DNA of 38,733 nucleotides from Candidatus Brocadiia bacterium (GTDB taxonomy: Bacteria > Planctomycetota > Brocadiia > SM23-32), in assembly GCA_046538485.1 (NCBI GenBank), contig JBKHIT010000048.1:1-38733 (forward strand), written 5' to 3'. Positions 28,522 to 35,666 of the stretch are shown here, piece by piece (position 1 is the first letter of the stretch; the number at the start of each line of letters is the position of its first letter). The translations under genes were made by a program, and so were the position numbers. The notes below the pieces were generated by a model that was given only the letters and a program-made list of their open reading frames with translations, ran no database searches and was not told where the DNA came from.

Positions 28522-31230
28522 ATGATGAAAGACATAGAACTTGGCACCCGGTACGATCCCGCCGAAATCGAAGATAGAACGTACGCATTTTGGGAAGAAG
28601 GAGGATTCTTCCATCCCGAGCCCGGGGAACCAGGGGACGCTTACACAATCGTTATCCCGCCACCGAACGTTACCGGTCTCCTTCATATTGGGCATGCACT
28701 CAACAACACGCTCCAGGATATTTTTATCCGCTGGCGGCGGATGCAGGGTTTCAATACGCTCTGGGTGCCCGGCACAGACCACGCCGGAATCGCGACCCAG
28801 AACGTCGTCGAACAACAGCTCGCCCAGGAAGGACTCCACCGATGGGATGTCGGCCGGGAAGATTTCATCGAACGGGTTTGGGATTGGAAAGACCAATACG
28901 GAGACCGAATTACCAATCAGCTCCGTCGGCTCGGGGCTTCCCTCGATTGGAATCGGGAACGTTTTACCATGGACGAAGGTTTGAGTGAAGCCGTCCTGGA
29001 GACGTTCCTCCAGCTCTACGATCGGGGTTTGATTTACCGGGGCAAGTATATCATCAATTGGTGCCCCCGGTGCGGGACTGCTCTCGCGGACGATGAGGTC
29101 GAACACGAAGAACATGAAGGGCATTTCTGGCATATCCACTATCCTTTCAAGGACGATCCGAAAAAATTCATTACGGTTGCAACAACCCGGCCCGAAACGA
29201 TGCTCGGCGATACCGCCGTGGCGGTACATCCGGATGACGAACGCTATAAGGACGTTGTTGGTAAAACCGTTATTGTCCCGATGCGGGGACGAGAGATTCC
29301 GGTCATCGCCGATGATTGGGTGGATCCCGATTTCGGAACGGGAGCTGTCAAAGTCACCCCCGCCCATGACCCGGACGATTTCAAACTGGGCGATCGCCAC
29401 AACCTGGGAAAGCCGGTGGTAATCGGCGAAGATGGCAATATGACACTCGAGGCCGGCGAACGCTACGAGGGAATGGACCGCTACGAATGCCGCGAAGCCC
29501 TGGTTGAAGATCTCCGGGAGCGACAACAGCTGGAGAAAGTGATCCCTCATACCCACTCTGTGGGACATTGTTACCGCTGCCATGCTGTCATCGAACCCTA
29601 CCTCTCAGATCAGTGGTTCGTGAAGATGAAACCACTCGCGAAAAAAGCGATCAAAGCCGCGGAAGAAGGCCAGATAGAGTTTCATCCCGATCGGTGGAAA
29701 AGTTTCTACCTCGATTGGCTCGAAAACGTCCGCGATTGGTGCATCAGCCGCCAGATCTGGTGGGGACACCGTCTGCCGGTGTATTACTGCGATAATTGCG
29801 AAGAACCGGTGGTGGGACGAGAAGTACCGGACGCGTGCCCGGAATGCGGATGCGAGGAATTTCACCAGGATGAAGATGTTCTTGATACATGGTTCTCCAG
29901 CGCTCTGTGGCCGTTCAGCACCCTCGGTTGGCCCGAAGAAACCGAAGACCTGAAACGTTACTATCCCACCAGCACTCTCATCACGGACCGCGGGATCATC
30001 TATTTCTGGGTCGCGCGAATGGTGATGATGGGAATGGAGTTTATGGATGAAGTCCCGTTCAGCGACGTGCTTATTCATGGCACTATTCTGGATGAGCAGG
30101 GACGCAAAATGTCGAAATCGCTGGGCAATGGTATCGACCCGATCGAGATGATCGAACAGTACGGGGCCGATGCGGTTCGCTTCAGCCTCATCATGCTCAC
30201 CACCGAGGGCCAGGACATAAAACTGAGCGAGTCGAAGTTCGAAATGGGGCGAAATTTTGCGAATAAAGTCTGGAACGCCTCCCGCTTCACATTGATGAAT
30301 CTGGAAGATGGGGAAGGGGATGTTGAATTACTCAAGAACGCAAACACAGAAGAGCGCCGGACGTTTGAAGACAAATGGATCCTGAGCCGTCTACAGGGCA
30401 CGACGGAAACGGCGACGGATTATCTTGAACAGTTTCGGACGAATGAAGCGGCTCAAACGCTTTACGATTTCTTCTGGCATGAGTTCTGCGATTGGTATTT
30501 GGAAGCCGCCAAACTCCGAATCCGGGAAAGCGATGAGGCAGCGGACCGGGCCATAGCACGGCAAACCCTTGCCCGGGTGCTCGACAGCTCGCTGCGCCTG
30601 CTGCATCCGTTCGTGCCATATATGACTGAAGTCTTGTGGCAAAAACTTCAGGATGCGGCCGAAGGCGTGGCACCCGATGTGGCTGTGGATATGAAGAGCG
30701 AGGCGCTCATTGTTGCCGATTGGCCGAAGGTGACTTCCAAACGGCGCGACGAAGGGCTCGAACAAGAAATGGACTACGTTCAGGAAATTATCCGCGGCGT
30801 TCGGCATGTCCGTAAAGAGAAGAAAATTCCCGAAGGCAAACCTCTCACCGCCGTGGTTTCGTGTCATAATGCTGAGACGGACAATATTTTGGAACGAAGG
30901 GGCGATTTCCTGTGCAAAATGGCCGATCTTGAAGAGCTGAAACACGGGGTGGATGCTGAAAAACCGTCTCGCTCCGCCACCACTGTCGTGGGCAGGACAG
31001 AACTCTTCATCGAGCTGAGCGGCGTTGTCGACCTGGAGGCGGAGAAGGCTCGGCTCGAAGAAGAGAAGCGGGATGCGACCGAACATATCGAGAAAATCGA
31101 AAAACAACTTCACAACCCCGATTTCCTCGCAAACGCGCCCGAAGAAGTCGTCCAGCGCCAGATGGACCGTGCCGAGGAGCTCCGCGCGAAACTGCAAAAA
31201 GTCATCCAGAATCTGGCCGAGTTGGAGTGA
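28522..31230 (+). CDS. valS: Valine--tRNA ligase
   Basis: PPPNVTGLLHIGH, DHAGIATQ, ATTRPET, DWCISRQIWWGH, KMSKS, C-terminal coiled coil; start at ATG 28522 or 28525 after AGGA. Confidence 0.98.
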   Translation: MMKDIELGTRYDPAEIEDRTYAFWEEGGFFHPEPGEPGDAYTIVIPPPNVTGLLHIGHALNNTLQDIFIRWRRMQGFNTLWVPGTDHAGIATQNVVEQQLAQEGLHRWDVGREDFIERVWDWKDQYGDRITNQLRRLGASLDWNRERFTMDEGLSEAVLETFLQLYDRGLIYRGKYIINWCPRCGTALADDEVEHEEHEGHFWHIHYPFKDDPKKFITVATTRPETMLGDTAVAVHPDDERYKDVVGKTVIVPMRGREIPVIADDWVDPDFGTGAVKVTPAHDPDDFKLGDRHNLGKPVVIGEDGNMTLEAGERYEGMDRYECREALVEDLRERQQLEKVIPHTHSVGHCYRCHAVIEPYLSDQWFVKMKPLAKKAIKAAEEGQIEFHPDRWKSFYLDWLENVRDWCISRQIWWGHRLPVYYCDNCEEPVVGREVPDACPECGCEEFHQDEDVLDTWFSSALWPFSTLGWPEETEDLKRYYPTSTLITDRGIIYFWVARMVMMGMEFMDEVPFSDVLIHGTILDEQGRKMSKSLGNGIDPIEMIEQYGADAVRFSLIMLTTEGQDIKLSESKFEMGRNFANKVWNASRFTLMNLEDGEGDVELLKNANTEERRTFEDKWILSRLQGTTETATDYLEQFRTNEAAQTLYDFFWHEFCDWYLEAAKLRIRESDEAADRAIARQTLARVLDSSLRLLHPFVPYMTEVLWQKLQDAAEGVAPDVAVDMKSEALIVADWPKVTSKRRDEGLEQEMDYVQEIIRGVRHVRKEKKIPEGKPLTAVVSCHNAETDNILERRGDFLCKMADLEELKHGVDAEKPSRSATTVVGRTELFIELSGVVDLEAEKARLEEEKRDATEHIEKIEKQLHNPDFLANAPEEVVQRQMDRAEELRAKLQKVIQNLAELE

Positions 31231-31237
31231 AGGTAGT

Positions 31238-31328
31238 TATCTCCGGACCAACCGGGATTCCACCCTGAAACGCGGACCCCATGAGGTTCGAGGATCTGAA
31301 AGACTTCCTCGACGAATACAATCCCGGC
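31238..31328 (+). pseudogene. Short remnant resembling the C-terminal part of a type I R-M methyltransferase (HsdM)
   Basis: YLRTNRDSTLKRGP, 1-nt frameshift, MRFEDLKDFLDEYNPG resembles the YDLRTN.HFTLK.NPL..EDL.DF...YNP segment recalled from HsdM proteins. Confidence 0.5.
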
Positions 31329-31405
31329 GCCACGCCCGCGAAGCCTCGGGATCCACGCCGCCGGTGGGTTAGCATCACCCCAGGACATCCCTGCCTGAAA
31401 AATTC

Positions 31406-31434
31406 TTGACCTGGCGACACCTGGGTGTTATCCT
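31406..31434 (+). promoter_or_regulatory. Sigma70 promoter with extended -10
   Basis: TTGACC-N17-TATCCT preceded by TGn. Confidence 0.6.
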
Positions 31435-31440
31435 TGTGTT

Positions 31441-31568
31441 GCCGGAAAAAGCGTGGTGCACCCGCCGAATAATCTCTATGCGCACCACGCGCTGCACGAG
31501 GAGTTGCCCCTCCTCGGCAGATGCCCCTCAGCGGGCGGATCTTACCCGGGTCCGCCCGCTTATTTTTT
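31441..31568 (+). ncRNA. Candidate ~130-nt small RNA
   Basis: Promoter directly upstream, two hairpins, then a strong terminator; no plausible CDS within. Confidence 0.5.
31530..31568 (+). terminator. Intrinsic terminator
   Basis: AGCGGGCGGATC-loop-GGTCCGCCCGCT then TATTTTTT. Confidence 0.8.
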
Positions 31569-31662
31569 GTTGTCAGGCGAAAACCCGTACCCATTCAGGC
31601 GACCGGCTCCCGGCATCATTCCGTGCATTAAGCCGCATTATAGAATCCTTCCAAAGTAACTC

Positions 31663-31690
31663 TTGACTTTCTATTTTGAATCCATATAAT
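31663..31690 (+). promoter_or_regulatory. Near-consensus sigma70 promoter upstream of the accessory gene cluster
   Basis: TTGACT-N16-TATAAT. Confidence 0.65.
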
Positions 31691-31750
31691 CAGAAGTGCC
31701 AAACGGGAGACGGCCGACACGGCAGTATCTGGCAGCTTCCCGGGCAACTT

Positions 31751-31781
31751 AAAAACATCGAAACCCCAGCGCGGGGTTTCG
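31751..31781 (-). terminator. Hairpin, possible minus-strand terminator or leader element
   Basis: CGAAACCCC-AGCGC-GGGGTTTCG 9-bp stem; on minus followed by ATGTTTTT. Confidence 0.45.
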
Positions 31782-31918
31782 CATAAATATTGCAGGACAG
31801 CACAGACTTTGACAACGAACTTCGATTTGGCGGGCGCAGGGTGTCTTGTGCAGCGAGACGCCCCGAAGCTGTGGGCAGATGGGGAGTCGCCCGGTTCCAA
31901 TTGGATCGAGGCCGTCGC

Positions 31919-34144
31919 ATGACTACTCAGGTGGCGTGTCGCAGGCGGGTTTTGCTTTCGGTTCTTATCGGTTCTCTGCTTGTTTCCATGGGCGTTTTTG
32001 CCGCGGGCAAGTCCAAGATTTCACCCAGCCCGGGGAAAGATAAGCATCTGGTCGACAATGACCTGGTGCTTGAGAGCGTGCGTGTCGATGTATCCGGTAT
32101 GGAACCCGGAGAGTACCAGATGACGGTGCGGCTTTTTGACCGAGCTGATAGCAAGACCGACAGCGTGCTGACACTGAGGAACGAGGCGCAGGTAGGGCCC
32201 ACGGATACAGACGGCGATGGCATTCCCGATGAGGTGGAGAGCCGGGAAGGCCTGGACCCCAACGATCCGAACGATGCCTCCGAGGATGCGGATGGGGACG
32301 GGCTGACAAACTACGACGAGTACGATCTGGGCACCGAGATTAATAATCCCGACAGCGATGATGACGGGATGCCCGATGGTTGGGAACATAACAATGGCCT
32401 CGATCCGCTTGATCCTACGGGTGAAAATGGAGCTGAAGGGGATCTGGATACTGACGGGCACACGAATGCGTTTGAACTTGAAACGGGCACGCAACCCAAT
32501 GATGCGGGGAGTGGGTTGGCTTCGGGAACTGTGGAGATAGAGGTTACGGGAACACTGGACGAGTCCGTAATTTCTATTTGGCCGCCCGACGGGCAACGAA
32601 AATATGCTGAAGGGACTGTAACCTTGCCATGGCCATATTATGTGTTGGAGAATATTTGGTCACCCCAGTTCATGGTTCGTGTTACGGATTATGAGCCTCG
32701 CCCAGATGAAGGGTATTGGGAAATTGGCGGATTATGTACGCTCGAAATAGCGGGAGCAGAAGAAGCTATGGAAACTTCTTTTGGATGTTTTTTGCACGCA
32801 GATCCAACATGGTCGATTATTTATGCTTTCCCTTATTCAGCCCCAATGCGTTCATTTATTAACAAGAGCCGACGAATTCCGGTGAAGCCTGGCTCCTTAG
32901 GTAACATTAAAGTTGAGTCAGTGGAGGGGGCTCCGGAGGAAATAGCTCCAGAGGACATAGAATTTACCCCTGGAGAAGTTTTTTGGGAAGGTTTGTGGCT
33001 CCGCTGCAATCCGGTGCTCACAGACGTGGACATGGAGATATCGGGTATTGGCATTGATACTTTTGGCAAAAGTGACAAACAGGAAGCTCGCCCGTATATG
33101 GTGGACCCTCAACCGCGTGAGCCGTTCACTGATATGAATAACAATAACCTGTGGGATACAGGCGAGGAATTTGAAGACCGAGATGGCGACGCGACCTATG
33201 ACCGCGGCGAGGTCATTACCGTGAAAGTGACTGTCGTAGGGCCTCCGAACAGTTTTGCCGGAGAAAATGCCAATCGCGTCATTACTCTGTCCTGGCCGGA
33301 TGATGCTTTCGTCTGCACGAATCCTGAGGGGGATAATCCTCATACCAAAGAAGGTGTAGGCCCGGCGACATACACCTGGGAGTTGGAGCGCACGAATTCA
33401 ACCCTCTCGGATGATTGGGAAAAGAGAAAATTTGCAGCAAGCATAGAGGATGTCGGCCGGGACCACGAGGAATATGAAAATATCAAACCTGTTCCATTTG
33501 GTAAAGACGGGAAGGGGGATGAGATTGAGATACGTCCAGAGGCAAAAGCGAATCAAGCCGAAAAAGTAGTTATATGCAAATTGGAGGAGAACAAGCGAAT
33601 TCAAGGCACAACATCGCCTGATGATCCTTATCCAAGATGGTGGGGCAAGGAAGACGATTTTGGCAACAGATTGGTGTGGCATTATTATGAAATGCCAGGC
33701 GATAAGCCTAATCAATATTTTTTAACTTACACCAGCAAAAAGACAGGAAACAAGAATCTCATAATTGGCGAGTGCGTTTATGGGAGAGACTATAGTTTGG
33801 TGCTGTGTGACATAGTAATCTTGCCTGATGGTAGAAAACGCTTCTATCAATATCGAGACGCCAACCACGAGGAAAACAAAGGGGATTATCCAGATGAGAA
33901 TAGGTTAGATTTTATTATTTTTGCGGGAAATTTCTTGAATTGGAAGCACGAAAGATTGCCCGGAGATACATCTTTAAACTACGATAAGCTGTATGATTGG
34001 GTAAAGGAGTACCATCCGGGGTACTCGCCGCCGCCGTGGGAGGATAAAAGAGATGGATGGGAGGGCAAATTTGAAAGACGCTTGCAGCAGATACTTCACT
34101 ATTGGGAATACAAGAGAGATGTCCCCTGGCACGAAGAGAATTGA
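31919..34144 (+). CDS. Secreted protein with TSP3-like Ca-binding repeats and unknown C-terminal domain (gene A)
   Basis: ATG 31919 after GAGG; signal peptide RRRVLLSVLIGSLLVSMGVFA; four DxDxDG repeats; second DxNxN/DxDGD pair at 33119-33211. Confidence 0.8.
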   Translation: MTTQVACRRRVLLSVLIGSLLVSMGVFAAGKSKISPSPGKDKHLVDNDLVLESVRVDVSGMEPGEYQMTVRLFDRADSKTDSVLTLRNEAQVGPTDTDGDGIPDEVESREGLDPNDPNDASEDADGDGLTNYDEYDLGTEINNPDSDDDGMPDGWEHNNGLDPLDPTGENGAEGDLDTDGHTNAFELETGTQPNDAGSGLASGTVEIEVTGTLDESVISIWPPDGQRKYAEGTVTLPWPYYVLENIWSPQFMVRVTDYEPRPDEGYWEIGGLCTLEIAGAEEAMETSFGCFLHADPTWSIIYAFPYSAPMRSFINKSRRIPVKPGSLGNIKVESVEGAPEEIAPEDIEFTPGEVFWEGLWLRCNPVLTDVDMEISGIGIDTFGKSDKQEARPYMVDPQPREPFTDMNNNNLWDTGEEFEDRDGDATYDRGEVITVKVTVVGPPNSFAGENANRVITLSWPDDAFVCTNPEGDNPHTKEGVGPATYTWELERTNSTLSDDWEKRKFAASIEDVGRDHEEYENIKPVPFGKDGKGDEIEIRPEAKANQAEKVVICKLEENKRIQGTTSPDDPYPRWWGKEDDFGNRLVWHYYEMPGDKPNQYFLTYTSKKTGNKNLIIGECVYGRDYSLVLCDIVILPDGRKRFYQYRDANHEENKGDYPDENRLDFIIFAGNFLNWKHERLPGDTSLNYDKLYDWVKEYHPGYSPPPWEDKRDGWEGKFERRLQQILHYWEYKRDVPWHEEN
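32204..32505 (+). repeat. Bacterial thrombospondin type 3-like repeats within gene A
   Basis: DTDGDGIPDEVE, DADGDGLTNYDE, DSDDDGMPDGWE, DLDTDGHTNAFE, each followed by a G(L/T)xP-type turn. Confidence 0.8.
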
Positions 34145-34185
34145 CTGCTGCTCGTTGCTTTGAACCTCTTGAAGAGGGTTTCACG

Positions 34186-35535
34186 ATGAATAGAAAAAAC
34201 GTCAGAATAATCATATTTTCGGTGTTTTGTTTCATTTTGGGAGGGCTCTTTGTCTTTATCGTTTCGTCGAGCTGTGGGGAAAAAGGTGCGGAAGACCTCG
34301 GAGGGAGCATTGCGTCTGCACAGTCGTGCCTCGACGGAGTCGCTTGGGGGGGAAAACTCGTTGTTTACAGAGCGCCATTGAATGTTGGCACAACATGGCC
34401 TTCAGTGGAGCCATTAACATACATTTCCGTTTCTACTGAAGAAGGAGAATCGGCCAGTTCGGTACTGAGAAGAGTCATGTCGTTGAGAAAGGAGCGAGCT
34501 TATGGAGAGTGGACTGCCGGTGCTTGGCCGGGGACAGGCTGCTTGCGTTTTAGTGTCATGGAGGCCTTTACCTTTGGCGGTACCGAGAGAGGGTTTGGAT
34601 TGCCGGAGCCATTGACATCTCTGAGCGGAACGTATCGCAGAGACCATGATGGCGTGCGATTGCGTTGGGCTATCCGAAATCAAAAGTACGATCGGATTGG
34701 GTTGCCCAACAGTATCAAGACTGTAAAAGGCGACCGAAGGGGATATGATACACCGAAAGGACATTTCGAGCGCCAATACACATGGGCTGCCATCGGCTAC
34801 AAAGGAGTACGCGAGAAAGAAGACCGTATTCTCTTCCAGGGAATTCCATCTCCTGCGACTGCAATCTACGTGAGGGACAACTATCAGGAGGAGCTCTACG
34901 CAATTCCTTTTGCAGGCGGCTTGGCACCAAACTGGCTGGGATGGGTTCATGGGGGCTCCCGAGAAAAAAACCTGAAACTGTGTGAGGGGACGAGAAAACG
35001 TGTTCTGAAAGCCCTGGAGGGACACACCGTCAAAAAGCCTGAGGAAAAACCCTTCTACCAGATCATAAGACCGAAATCGGCGGGGGTGAGCGGGGGGATA
35101 TGGCGGAAGTTCCTCGGGCTGACGCCCGGACATAAATACCGTGTATCGGTGATTCTCAGCACGCTGAAGATGGATCAGGCCGAAGGGGACTGGGCGTTTT
35201 CCTTCCACGCGATCCCGGACGGTGCTGAGGGCAAAGATCTCACGCCCAAGCAGATGGCGGGGAAGACGCCTTTGCCGGGCGGCAGCAGCGGGCCGAAGGC
35301 GGGACGACTCGTGCGCTACGACGCTGATCACACGACAGAAGGCAAATGGATCAAATCCACAACCGCCCCCGATGACAGAAGTCCCGGACGGGAGATCGGA
35401 GATATCACGCTTCCCGAGGGTGTGACCAGCATAAGTCTCTGGGCGCGCCACAGCGGCGAGAATAGCACGGGCGTGGGCTACCTGTGGGTGAAACTTGAAG
35501 ACCTGTCGATGGAACTGCCGGAAGAGACAGAGTGA
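34186..35535 (+). CDS. Membrane-anchored or exported hypothetical protein (gene B)
   Basis: ATG 34186 after GAGGG; basic N-terminus plus hydrophobic helix; beta-rich C-terminal domain (GLTPGHKYRVSV...ISLWARH...WVKLED). Confidence 0.8.
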   Translation: MNRKNVRIIIFSVFCFILGGLFVFIVSSSCGEKGAEDLGGSIASAQSCLDGVAWGGKLVVYRAPLNVGTTWPSVEPLTYISVSTEEGESASSVLRRVMSLRKERAYGEWTAGAWPGTGCLRFSVMEAFTFGGTERGFGLPEPLTSLSGTYRRDHDGVRLRWAIRNQKYDRIGLPNSIKTVKGDRRGYDTPKGHFERQYTWAAIGYKGVREKEDRILFQGIPSPATAIYVRDNYQEELYAIPFAGGLAPNWLGWVHGGSREKNLKLCEGTRKRVLKALEGHTVKKPEEKPFYQIIRPKSAGVSGGIWRKFLGLTPGHKYRVSVILSTLKMDQAEGDWAFSFHAIPDGAEGKDLTPKQMAGKTPLPGGSSGPKAGRLVRYDADHTTEGKWIKSTTAPDDRSPGREIGDITLPEGVTSISLWARHSGENSTGVGYLWVKLEDLSMELPEETE

Positions 35536-35631
35536 CGTTCCGCGACATGTTGTCCCCGGAAAATCATTTCCGCCGACCTGGCACCAGATGTTCATTACCC
35601 TCTCGTATTGTCCGTTCCGCCGCAGGAATTC

Positions 35632-35660
35632 TTTAAAATCCGCCCCCCAGACGGTAAAAT
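35632..35660 (+). promoter_or_regulatory. Putative promoter for gene C
   Basis: TTTAAA-N17-TAAAAT; predicted start site coincides with ATG 35667. Confidence 0.4.
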
Positions 35661-35666
35661 ACTTCC

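Noticed and set aside
31721..31746. JUMPstart/ops antitermination element
   Set aside because: CAGTATCTGGCAGCT is only partly similar and GGCGGTAG is absent
32204..32505. DNA-level tandem repeat or diversity-generating retroelement target in gene A
   Set aside because: Repeats are diverged protein motifs; no reverse transcriptase or template/variable repeat pair seen in the window
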